Below, one piece after another: positions 51,985 to 64,000 of a stretch of 64,000 nucleotides of DNA. The stretch's first letter is position 1. Each line of letters opens with the position of its first letter. The notes under the pieces were generated by a model, which saw only the letters and a program-made list of their open reading frames with translations, did no database searches and had not been told where the DNA came from. The translations under genes were made by a program, and so were the position numbers. Source of the DNA: Paraspadella gotoi (Eukaryota; Animalia; Chaetognatha); the NCBI GenBank assembly GCA_051294375.1, contig CM119265.1, forward strand, positions 16,312,005 through 16,376,004. The letters run 5' to 3'.

Positions 51985-53697
51985 CGGACGCCAGCTCGAG
52001 TCCGGCGCGAGTCGGCGCCGCCGGGTAGAGTCCGTTCGGAAATCGGCGCCGTTTGTTTGTTTACGAATTTCGTTTCGCGTCGTCGACGGCAGATGTCCCT
52101 CCGGCGGGTAAGGACGATGATGAAGTGGAAAGGTTGGGTCGTTGTGAGAGGTGAGATTTGGGAGAGAAATGGAAGCGAGGGAAGAGAACGGGGATGTGCT
52201 ATTAAGGGAGGGAGGTGGGCGGGGATAAAGAAGAACGAAATGTTTTCTTATTTGGGGAATTTCTTCGTCTTCCTTCCAGCCTAAAGGTGAGGACGATGAC
52301 TGCATCGTTGTCGTCTTTGTCGGCGCCCTCTTTTCTGTTATTTCAACGCGATAAAAAGTTTGCCATTTTTGAGAGGATTATTTATTCTCGGAGTCGATTC
52401 GCTCGGAATTCCTTTGTGATCGACATAATGGCGCAGATGAACATTTTTTTTTTCCTCCTTTTGTGACGCCGAGAATCCGATTTCGAAAATCTCGGAATCC
52501 GTGAGGACCGTGATGCGGCTCGGATTTAAAGATGCCCTTATTTTCGTAATCACAAAAGGGGAGAGATTTAAAGATTAATAAAAACTTTTTTTTTAATTTT
52601 GGGGTAGGGGGGAGGTATGAGGAAAAACATTTTTCTTTTCTGAAGCTTCAGGAAATCGAAAATTAAACTAAAAGCGTCTGACTCCGGATGAAGGAAACAA
52701 AAAAGCAATTTCGTTTTGACAAAATTGAAATTAAAAACTCTTTTTTTTCCGATGCGAATTGCGAATGTCGAAAGACAGGAGACAGGAAAAAGACCTTTGA
52801 GAATATTAAGGGGAAAAAATCTGAACGAAAAAGAAAAATATGGACGATGAAAGTTTTTTTTTTTTTTTGTTTATTTTGTTTTTGTTTTTGTTTTTTTTGT
52901 TTTCAGGTGTTTCTTTAGCGCACGACTCTCCCCCCTCACCGCTCTTCTCTTACCCCCTCCTCTTCCTGGGCGAGACAAACCAAAACAACAACAACTACAC
53001 CGGGTATTTTTTCCCGATTAAAAATGCGAGACCATCGGCGGAAATCAAAGAGGCGCGATGAATGCCCTCGGGGATTGAGGGGCCAGTGGGGTTGGCGGAG
53101 AAGGGGGTTGAGCGTGACTGGACGAGGTGGTGCATGTTAATGGTGGAGCGAAATTTTCAAACTTGTTTTGAAATAAAAAGTCATAGATATAATAATTATA
53201 ATGGTAATTTGAAACTTATATATTTTAAAGATATGCGATTAGTGAATGGGTTCATAATTATTTTAATAATCTTTTCATTATTTTGATCGAGTTAAAAAAG
53301 AATCATTGAAAACTAGTCGGCGTTGGCGTCGACTCCATAAATTGATGAATTGGTTCGTCCACAACCCACTTTTTTGACTAAACAATATTAAAAAACATTT
53401 TAGCCAGTTTTTACGCGTTTCGTCCGTCAAGTTTCGCAGTAACCGTCCAGTTTAAAACGAGCTCGCGACAAACGGGGATTTCGCGAGATGGCGTCGGTGG
53501 TGATGTGAATTTAACGGTCGTCGATCAAACGAGTCTCCGTCTCTGTGACAGAGTCGAGAGTCAACCGTTCACGATTCACGATTTATTATCACCTTAATCA
53601 TCGTCGTCGTCGTCTTCGTTTTTCGTTTATCACGAAACGTCCGTGACGCGAACATCTTTCACCGAGAAGAAAAAACATTGACAAAGAAAAGGCGGTC

Positions 53698-53825
<128 letters not shown>

Positions 53826-55617
53826 TTGAATGGAAAAGATACTTCTGTCAAAAAAAGTAAAAGAGAAACTGACAAATCGAATTTCAAATCCTTTTCAATT
53901 CCCGGTTCGCTATTTTATTATTTTTTCTTTTTGCCGCCAAAAAACGGAGCGAAGAAAACTAAGCCAAAAAAACGTAAGATGCTCCCGAAGACTTTTTTCT
54001 TCTTGGCAAAAAAATGAGCGTGAGAATCACGAAAAAAAAACTATCACGACGAGAAAAAGTTTAAAAAAGAGGAAGCCTTGGAGATCTTGAGAAGTGAATG
54101 AGGACTAGCAGAGCGTACGATGGGTCAAATGTGATCATCTGATCGCTGTGAATGTGTCATCGAATTTGTGAAGACCGAGGAGTGGAAGCAGATTAACCCG
54201 ATAAATTCAATTAATTTTTTTTTTTGAGGGAGAACGAAATCGAAATCGATGTAAGTTTTTTTTTGTCATAATAGTGTAAAAGATTTCTGCCACCCAGAAG
54301 AAAGAGATAGTAAAAAATAAGAAAAAGAAAGAAAAAGCAAGAAAGAACGAAAGAAAGAAAGAAAGACATTCTAAAAAGAGATTTAGTGACAGATTTAATG
54401 AGTTTTATCGTTAAATCTTTACTCGCATTTTGAGTTGAGAGAAAAGAGGAATTTCATCAGATAATTTTAATTTCTTTTTTAATGTGGCTCAATTGACGAA
54501 ATTAAATCGACCTATAAACTATTTTTTTCGCTTTATTGATGAAATAGCCAATATACAATATTATACATGCATTTCGCATTCGTGTGTTTACTTAAGGGGT
54601 ACAACATTTGAAGCGTTATTACTAATGGTTATCTAAAAAAGTTTTTCTTTTATTAATGTTGTTTATGTTTTTTTTATTCGTTTATTTTGAAACAAACTAT
54701 TTTTACTAGAGAATATTTTTTTTGGGGGGGGTTTATCATTTGATCTATATTTTAATTTTAAAAAATCTCTTTCCCTTGAGAAGCTCTTAAAGGACACGAA
54801 AGTGTTTGGAAGATAAATCGCGAAAATGAAAGTCATTGGGTTCACATCGAAATTCCATTCCAGAAACATTTGAGGCGGCTTTTTCGTCCGAGCGCAAACT
54901 ACTTCGAACATCGTCGTCGTCGTCGTCGTCATCGTCGTTGTTTGTGATCGTCGTCATCCGCTTCGCAGTCGTCGTCGCTCGAAAATCCCCATTAACTTTT
55001 CAAAACACGAAAATTAAGATTTTTTTTTCAAAAGGCGGATAATTTTGATTCGGTTCGAGCGTTGATTTCCACGGAAGTCGATTTAGAACATTGAGTAAAA
55101 CATTTCATGAAAGTCTAAAAATCCCTGAAACGGACCTGAAACACTCCCCTTAACGAATAAATATTCAACCACAGTTAAACTTAATAGCTATTTTGAATTA
55201 TTTAAAACCTCCAAAACCAATCATTGACAAGGAGAGACAAAAAGCGCTCCAAAAAAATCCGTTTCATTTTTTTTTTCCTCTTTCGTCCTTTTCTGTCCGA
55301 ACTGGGTGGCCTCATCTCTAAATATTTTAGTAATCTTTTTTTGTTTTAATCTGGAAAAAAGCTTAACTTTTTGAGTGTTTTGTAGTGACCGAAATAAATA
55401 GACGTCAGATTGAAAGCGAAACCGTGAACGTCATAGTCGATACTCATTGGTTACGATATTTTTACGATCGAAGGTTTCGCGTTAACGATTTTCACGTCGC
55501 ACGATTTTTGGACAAACGACTTTCACCTTACGATAGTCGTCAGTGATTTTTTTTTCTTAACGAAAGGTTTTTTCATTTGAACAATTGAAAATATTTAACG
55601 ACTGATTTTTATTAAGG

Positions 55618-55860
55618 CTTTTTACGAGAAGTGCTCTTAGGTTTTCACGAGAAGGGTTTTTAATCAGTGTTTATTAAAAGCTTTAAAAAAAGACGGTTTT
55701 ACTTAACAAGAACGGCTTTGAGAAAGCGTTATAAATCGGCAAGGCTCTTAGAAAAGCGGTTTTAACGTGAACGGCTTTTTAAAAAATCTGTTTTGACAAG
55801 AAATGCTCTCAGGGAAAAAAAACCGTTTTTCACGAGAAGTGCTCTGAGAGGCTTTCACGG
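55618..55860 (+). repeat. Degenerate tandem repeat
   Basis: Recurring ttt(t/c)acgagaagtgctct(t/g)ag-like units at ~55620, 55643, 55706, 55795 and 55828. Confidence 0.6.
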
Positions 55861-56850
55861 TTTCATCGTCGATTCGACCCGCGAGTCTTCAATTCGACTC
55901 CCGACTTAAGGAAATCCGCGGTTGAGCCACTTCAGTTCGATCCGACGATTCAATAAGGCACGAAAAGGTAGTAATCGTTGATTCACTCCGGTTTGAAAAA
56001 CCGCTAATTCTATTATTCCCTTTTGTTTATTCAAATCATCGATTTACAAGAAAAATTGTAAGTACGATTTTACAGTTTTTTTTTCATTCCTAGGCACGTT
56101 CTGTTCATACTGAAGGATTTTTTCTCCATTCTTCTAATCTCGAAACGTAGGCACGAATAACGATTATTTTTTATGGCGATACATTTATAACTGGGTACAG
56201 TTCAGACCCACTACGTTGCACCTTTGTCTTCATCGGACCCGCGGGGTTCGCATTATTTCCACGCGAGAGCGTAAAAACGTTAGCACCGTTTACGACCGCT
56301 TTGCGGAGTGGTGAATTGTGAAGGGGAAAAAAAGTGTGAGAGGGAAGGATGAGGGATAAAGGATGGGGGCTGGAAATGGAGAGGTGGTTTGGTTGTTAAG
56401 AGAAGTTATTATAATGTGAAGGCATGAATATTTGATAATCATTGAAACATAAAATAAAAGAAAGAAAGAAAGAAAGCATGAGAGAAAATTAGAAAGCAAG
56501 TTAGCAACAAACCGAAATTTGAGAAATTTTAATCAAAAGAGCTCAACGATATTTATTTATTATTTTTTGAAAGAATCCGAAAGAATTTACGGGGGGAAAG
56601 TGTACAACAACAAGGAACGGTTATTCCAAGGTGTTGCGCCGCAATTACTTTTCTTTTTACTTATCATGTCATTTATTCTTTATACTTTTAAGGTTCTTTG
56701 GTAAACATGATATATTAACCTTTCTTTTTCGTTGTTAGTTTGATAGTAGAAAAAACAAAGTTTTAATAATTTTTTATAACAAATAATAATAAAAAAAATT
56801 TGTTGTAAAAAATCATTAAAACTTTGTTTTTTTTTACTAAGATTTCTTAA

Positions 56851-57810
56851 GGCCAGGGGATCACTCAATCTAAAATTATAGAAATCTTAATTTACTATAT
56901 CTTAATCATTTTCTCATATCTTGTAAGAGGTTTTCTATTGAAAAATAATCGAAAACTTTTAATAAATCTAATAAAATGTTCATAAAAAATTTAAACATAA
57001 TTTTTTTTCTCTCGGTAAAATTAGATTTTCAAGAGAAAAATATTTTTTTATATGTAAGTTAAATTTCTACAACTAAATTTTTTTAACTCAACCTGATTCT
57101 TTACAGTAAGCCTCAATTTCTACTTCTTATATTTAATTCCTCCTTTGGTTAAAAAGTACATACTTGGAGTTTGTATCACTAATAAGTCTAAAATAAACTA
57201 CTACACATTTTCCAGACGGGTTAATTATACTTTATGAGTTTTTAGGAGTTAAAAAACTTATCGAATTTATTTCAATTTGACTTTTTACTTTGATGTTAGT
57301 AGTTTAATGAGTACAGAATTTGACTTTCTTGCACAAAGTGAAGTTAAAAACGAAGAGTTGCAGCTCAAACCGTTGGGACTCTTCTTGAAGAAAAAAAATA
57401 TCTTGGGCAAGAAAAGAAAGGCTGGGGGAGATTTCTATGAGCGCCGTTTTGAAAAAATGTTTTTTGTTTCAAAGATATCAAGGAATTAATCCCAAAAATT
57501 GTTTTAAAATAATCAAATTTTATATGAAGGAAGGCAAATTTTGAAAGTATTCTTTTCATTAGAATTGGAGTTCGTGACTTAAAGGTAATTCATGCCAAAT
57601 TTAATGAGAAACCGCCTTACTGTTTTGGGGCTGCAACTCTTCAAATAGGGTTTCTTTTTATTTTATATAGTACAAAAAAATCGAAAAAACGATGACGCCT
57701 TTGAAAAAATAGTAAAGTAAATACATTTTCGAGAATCGTCAGGAGCTCTCCTTTCGAAATGCGAGCTCAGTTTTAGCCTAATTATAAGTGAATTGAGTGA
57801 TCCCGGGACC
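56851..57810. mobile_element. Non-autonomous TIR DNA transposon flanked by TTAA (Kolobok-like; Harbinger/Tourist not excluded)
   Basis: TTAA|ggccaggggatcactcaat ... attgagtgatcccgggacc|TTAA: 19-bp TIRs matching at 16/19, 960 bp long, no transposase ORF. Confidence 0.8.
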
Positions 57811-57814
57811 TTAA

Positions 57815-57998
57815 AAACAAAAGGCCGCACCAGTAGTGTCGCTTAGATTTGATTTTTTAACAAATGAGCAACAAACTATAAGCAAGTTATAAGGGTTAAC
57901 GTAAGTAGGACAGACTGACGGACATACATACCGACGGACCGACCGACCGAAAAGTGACTTATAGAGTTGCTCCGCGAGTACTCGTGGCGCAACTAAAA
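57815..57998 (-). mobile_element. HINE/Helentron-like element, most intact copy
   Basis: On the - strand: T-run, hairpin agttgcgccacgagtactcgcggagcaact, ctataagtcacttttcgg, (GTCG/GTCC/GTAT)n, a GC-rich 3' end gcgacactactggtgcggcc, then a T-rich flank. Confidence 0.8.
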
Positions 57999-58349
57999 CA
58001 ATAAAAGCCAAATACTGACTTGAAATCCAAATTTCCCAACCTGATAATTACAACAGCCATCGCAACAATAACAATAACAATATGTATCGAAAAAAACGTA
58101 AACAAAATCTCTTTGAAAAAAAGGTTATATTTCAACTTCCTTTATGGATAAAAACTTCCAGAAGTCTGTGAAAATCTTTGAATTGTGTTTCCGCGTTTCC
58201 TCGAGCAAAATTGGAATCGAAAACATTTTTTTTCTTTTCTTGTGTTTTTTGTTGTTGTTATCTTAATAAACAAATCCGTTTTGCGAAACATCCGATGTTT
58301 TCATCGTTAATGCCAAGCAGGGAGGCCTTCAAATGTTCCCCTTAATATT

Positions 58350-58380
<31 letters not shown>

Positions 58381-59347
58381 TCAATTAATTTCCAGTCTGC
58401 CACGTGACTCCCCCAGAGTCGCGTGTCTGACCTCACGAGGATTCACAGATTGGGCAGATTGACCCATTGACAGATTCTCAGTTTTCGCCTCCCATCCTCC
58501 ATTCTCCCATTCGAGCGATCGTCTCAATTCAGATTCCCTTTTGTTTTCGTCCGATCGAATCGATCGCCATCTCGGGTCTCGCCAACGCACAGCTGTCAGG
58601 TGGCGCGGTTTTGGGCGACGGCGGGTCATACGTTTGGGTGAGTAAAGGTGAGTTAGTGGCGGCGGCGGCGATGAGTCCAGATTCATTAGCGTCTTTGAAT
58701 AAACTCTCAAAATACAATTAAACGACGCAGAGGGAGACTATCGGGCCATTGTGCTCGGGGTATTGTCCGTCCATTGTCTGTCAATCGTCCCTCGATCCTT
58801 CTATCCCGCGTCTTTCGTCGGCATCGTCGTCGTCGTCGTCGTCGAATCAATCTCAAGATTCCATTCGGAATTATGAAAAGGATTTTCGACGATGAGGACG
58901 AAGAAATCTGTCGTGGATTAGATTCGCCGCTGGTGGCGTTGGCGGCGTCGAGGGTCACAAAGAGGGGCAGCGGGGAATCGGACAGCAGGGAAACGAAGAG
59001 ATTCAAAGGGCGGGAGGATGATTTATATCCATTTTTTTTTTTTAAACTTCAGTTTATTTTTTTTTTTCTTTAAATTTTAAAAACGAATTAAATTTTTTTA
59101 ATAATTACTTTTTTCTTCTTTTTTTTGCTCTCTTCGTTTATTAGGTTTGGATTACTTTCCTTTTGAAATTATTACTTCCTTATCTCTCTGTTTACCATTT
59201 ACATCCACGTCTTTCGAGAATCCCCCACATCCGGGGTCTTGCGGCGCCTTTGAACGGCGACGCAAAATTCGATTATTGCATCGCGATTCCGATTATTCAT
59301 CTTAATCCCGCCAGAGTCCTTTCTCGTCACCTCGGTTTTTCTTTCGT

Positions 59348-59395
<48 letters not shown>

Positions 59396-60001
59396 TTTTT
59401 TCATGGCTTTCTTTCTTTCTTTTTGTCTTTCTTGATGGCTTTTTTTTTTCCCTTTTTTTCTATTTTTCATTCTATTTCTTTTTTTAATTTATACTCTTTC
59501 GCCCTCCAATAGTTTTTTGTTTGTTTCCAAAATTCCACCTCGTCTAATCGGACAACGACATCTCGACCCCGTCGTCGCTCGTTGCCCTTTTGTTATCGCC
59601 CAACTCCTCCTTTCATCCGCGTTAGCACCACAGGGGGCGCAGTAGGTGGTTAACGGAAAGAGGGAGCGAAAGGTCCAACTTTGATCGAGAGAAATGGAGT
59701 CGTTGCATCTTTCGGTCTGTCAGTCGTTATATAGGTGGGTCAGTCTACGTCATTCTGCCTGAAAAATCAAAACGAACTATTGCCAAGAGGAGCGAAGGAG
59801 CGAGAATGGAAGTTTTTAAGGGGAGCGAGAAAATAAACCCCGCTATTGGAGCGGGACAGGCTCGGGCTGTAAAGGGACCTTTTTTTTTCCTTTTTCCTTT
59901 TTTTTTTACCAACCCACTTTCCTTTCCCCTTCCAATGTTTATCAAAGAGCCTGCGGGGCCGAGTTTGATTTTTTTTTTCTCTCTTCTAGACAATCGCTTT
60001 A

Positions 60002-60078
<77 letters not shown>

Positions 60079-60361
60079 TCTTTGCTCTTCAATCCTTTCG
60101 ATTCTCCGTTTTAATACCATGACTGGCACTACTGCAATAACGCAACTCCGGGCACTATCTTTATTTATTTCTTCCTTATCTCTCTCTCGCTCTCTCTTTC
60201 TCTCTCTCTCTCCCCTCTCTCTTTCACCCAATCACTCTCCTGAAGAACGGAGATTTTTTTCGGGTGCAGACAGACTCCCTGGATGTAGTTTCCCTGCGAT
60301 TATTTTTTATCAAAAATCGTCGAAATAATTCGACTAAAAATGTTGAATTCGATCCAGAGAA

Positions 60362-60422
<61 letters not shown>

Positions 60423-60524
60423 CTGTAGTGGTTATCTTTGTCCAATTTCTGCCGTAGGGGGGTCAATGCGCGAAAACTGCTGCCTCGGAGGCTCTTCACC
60501 TTTTTTCCCGCCCGAGGAAATTCA

Positions 60525-60615
<91 letters not shown>

Positions 60616-61079
60616 CCTCTCTCCCTCACCTTCGCACAGACTAAAAGGCGTTTCACCTTTTTCCTTCCGAAAGGTTGAGTTTGAGCGAAGAGAAGAGAAG
60701 GGAAGATAGGGAATGGTAGGGGAAAGGAAAGATACTGATCGAGGGCCGAATCGATGTTAAAAATAGTTAAAAAGATGGTTTTCGAAATAATAACAAAAAA
60801 TAAAATAATGCAGGTGGTGGGTAAGTAAAAAAGGCCGATGGGGACTACGTGAGCTATTCGGGAAGGATACTGAAGGTACTAAAACTAATGATAACACATA
60901 ATTAATAAAAACTCAATTGACTTAGAAAGAATATAGAGATATATATTTTTTTCAAAAGTTTTTTTGACAAGTTTAAATATTTTTTTTTCCATTTTTCATT
61001 CCTTTTTTTTTTNNNNNNNNNNNNNNNNNNNNNNNNNAAAAATAAAGAGAGAGATTATATTTGGTATCTCGTACCCCCC

Positions 61080-62527
61080 CATAGATGACGGGTATACGAC
61101 GAATAAATGCATTCGATGCATTCACGGTCATCACAGTCAGTCTGATCGCTGCATGACGGAACGGTCAATCGAGGTGGGCACGTGATCGGTGAGCGTCGCC
61201 AACGCCGTCACGAAGCAGAAGGAGTCTAACGCTGTAGCCGGGAGGCACTTGGGACGTCGATGGGTATGTCTGATCCACGACAAGTTAAGATGATAGTCGA
61301 TTCGTCGCTTCCCTGTTTTATTAATAAAAATGCGACATTCGTTAAAAATTCAATGCCTGGTAGTAATTTAAAACAATATTATATTAATTATTACCCGAGT
61401 AAATTGTTTAACTAATACAATTTTTGACTCTATGTAACGGGACATCGAAATACTTTTCTCCCACCACACAAAAACGAATCGTTTATGTTTATGTTCGCTG
61501 CCTCAAAAAAAAGTTATGGACGAAATCTCAACGCGGGGTCGATTCTTTGACGAGGAAAAAGATTCGCGTCAAAATCGATTCACGTCAAACTTCTTCACTT
61601 TCGGTCGATTCGTCGATTCTTGACTCGTCCCGTCAATTTTTTTTTTTTTTCGATCTGGGGTTAATCAAAACTCGAACGAAATTGGACTAATGAATTTTTT
61701 TCAATGATATTTATTAAGTATCCTTGTACAATCACTGATTATTTTTTTGGCGAAAATTTGATTAATAATCAGTAATATTCAGACGTAATCAAATTTTCGC
61801 CCCCCCCCCAAAAAAAAAAAATTGAGTGAAGTTTTCGCGTACAAAATATATTCGCCCTTGCCCAATCGCATTGAATCAAGACTATGAAAAGCTGCTCGTC
61901 AACAAATCAGAATTATCTCCCAGAACGAGGCTGCTATACTCGAATCCATAACCAAGAACCAGATAGAGATAGAATCGTTCGGACACGTCCAGTCAAAACA
62001 TCTCCTACTCTTCGGTCAATTCGTTTCGACTTCAAACGTTTTCTTACGAAAACCCGACGTGAGCCAAAGATTGAACGCCTCCGCCTCGAAAGGGCGGACC
62101 GGTGGTTGGGTTTCGAGAGGATCGTCCGAGTGATTTGGGGGGCGAAGAGAGTGGCGCGATAATCTTGTCGGGTGGTAGGGTGTGAGTCTCTCGAACATCT
62201 TGGGCGAAGAGCGAGAGAGAGAGAAGTTGCGAAGCCTAAAGACTGCAGAGATCAGAAAGTATCGGTCGCTCGAGGAGATCGAGAGAGAAACGAGTGGTTG
62301 CAAAGATTGTTCGGTAATAAAATCGAGACCTAGCGTGTCAAGGGGTGCGCAAGATGGGTAGGAAGAGCCCCGAAACTGTTTCCGAAAATCCCCAAAGGGT
62401 CCTCCCCCATTTTCAAATTACCGTTTCGATCTCCGCCGACGACGGAGACGTTTGTTGAGACGACGAACTCTTCTCGAACATCGGGTGGAGACGAGAGGAT
62501 CGACTTGAGTCCCGTCGGCGTCGATAT
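61080..62527 (-). other. Unassigned exon-like GC-richer segments (62527 to ~61850 and ~61310-61080) with broken frames
   Basis: ctattcag acceptor at 62528-62529 and protein-like stretches (DRYFLISAVFRL, FNLWLTSG, LDVSERFYLYL) interrupted by stops or shifts, close to a gap. No family recognised. Confidence 0.25.
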
Positions 62528-64000
62528 CTGAATAGATAGGCAAGTTATCTGGTCATTTATAATGTTATTTTAAATATTTTTACATTTACTGATAGGAAAT
62601 GATTGTCAATATTATTGATGTAACATTTCAAATCAATTGACTCACGCGTTGAAAATAATCTACAAAAAATGGTCATTTTCCATGCCCAATTTTTAAAAAC
62701 AATCTGCGTTCGTTAAATTTTCTTTTTTGTTCCACTTAAATTTTAGCTTTGGCTGAGTGTCTTAAATGGTAATAAAAAAATTGATTTCTTTAATATCTTT
62801 TAAACCAAAAATGATAGAACGATGAGACTGGTATCATATTAAAGCCATAATTATGGGGCATTTTTTCCATATATATTTTTCTTTTAATATTTCCACGGAT
62901 TTTTTTAAAATCTGGATCGGAATCTTAGTCAAAAGTATAACAACTTTTGAAATTAAATTAAACACACTTGGCTGTATTTAAAAAAATAAATAAATACAGA
63001 TTCTGAAAGAGAAAAGATTGAATTATGTTTTCTGATATAAAACAAAATTTAGGAGTTCAAACTTTGTTTCGGCTGATTTAAAACTACTGACATAGGGCTA
63101 AAAGGCTATATTATCAGATTTTTAAATTTTTGTCATCTTCAGGAATGACGGGAATATTGTAAAATCTCAAGTTTCGCTTTAATCGGACCTCACATTGTGG
63201 AGAAATCTTAGGAAACCATCAAAATTCCACCCCTTTTTTTTCAACATTCTCGCCTTTTAAGATTTTCGCCGATTCTGACTTCCTCTTACAAACTTATAAT
63301 TCCGCTAGTTAATTTTTTTTTTTCTTAAATGAGCGAAGGGAATCCACAAATTCTGTTATTTTATGATTTCTGGGTAAAAAATATAATAAATTACATTAAA
63401 CATTGGGATATTATGAAAGTATAATGTCTTGTGAAGCCTGTGAGAGTTTAAATAATTAAAAAATTCGCCTATTTTATTATTGAAAAATGACAGTAAAATG
63501 AAGAAGTTGAATGTCTTCCGGCTCATTTCAGTAAACATCCCTGTTCTCTAGCATAAAATAATGTTTACTTTTTGCTGGTGGAAAAGAAAGATAAATACTT
63601 AGGCTGTGATGGGGTAAATAATATTTTGTAGAATTTTGTAAGCATGCTTGTAAAATCATACAAGCAAATATTTAAGTGACAAAAAATTCACATTTTCTTT
63701 ATCCAAAAAACTTTAAAGTTTTACTAGAGTACAATTTAGCCTTTTTTCTTTCAGAATCATTAAAAAGAATTAAATTTTCATTTATTCTTATGGGTGTCAT
63801 TAGTTTTAAAATTCATTATAATTTTGACTTAGTTTGACACTCACCCTGTAAGGAGGTTTCAGCATAAGTAATTCTAAAATTGTATCTTGTATGTGCCCTA
63901 TGATTATGGCTTCATTTTGGTACTATTACCATCCCTTTATCTTTATTCCTTCAAAAGATATTAGGAAAAAATCAGTTTTTTTCTCAACCTTCCTTTTAAT

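Noticed and set aside
61080-62460. TGF-beta family gene (RRRRRSKR plus Cys-containing downstream block)
   Set aside because: The basic site precedes the supposed prodomain, and the cystine-knot Cys spacing cannot be recovered in any frame.

Overview
Eukaryotic (metazoan, probably invertebrate) genomic scaffold. It is AT-rich, dense in (AG)n/(AAAG)n/(GTC)n microsatellites, and has three N-gaps and scattered 1-nt indels typical of imperfect polishing. Four intron-containing genes were reconstructed by hand from splice signals and remembered family motifs; no database search was run. (1) A complete 9-exon bestrophin (-, 18076-12644) with one GC-AG intron. (2) A head-to-head PH/coiled-coil/TBC RabGAP of TBC1D2 type (+, 18654 to beyond 33654; 3' exons not found in the window). 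(3) A fukutin/LicD-like type II membrane protein nested antisense in intron 5 of the RabGAP, lacking the catalytic DxD. (4) A 19-exon, ~1180-aa scabrous-like secreted coiled-coil/fibrinogen-domain gene (-, 51984-34144) that appears to lie inside a further RabGAP intron. A ~260-nt GC-rich folded island with box C/D K-turn geometry (34863-35124, +) is the best candidate for an unannotated ncRNA. Non-autonomous elements include three HINE/Helentron-like copies, a TTAA-flanked TIR element and a foldback MITE. There are no prokaryote-type systems or CRISPR arrays, and no tRNA or rRNA was recognised.
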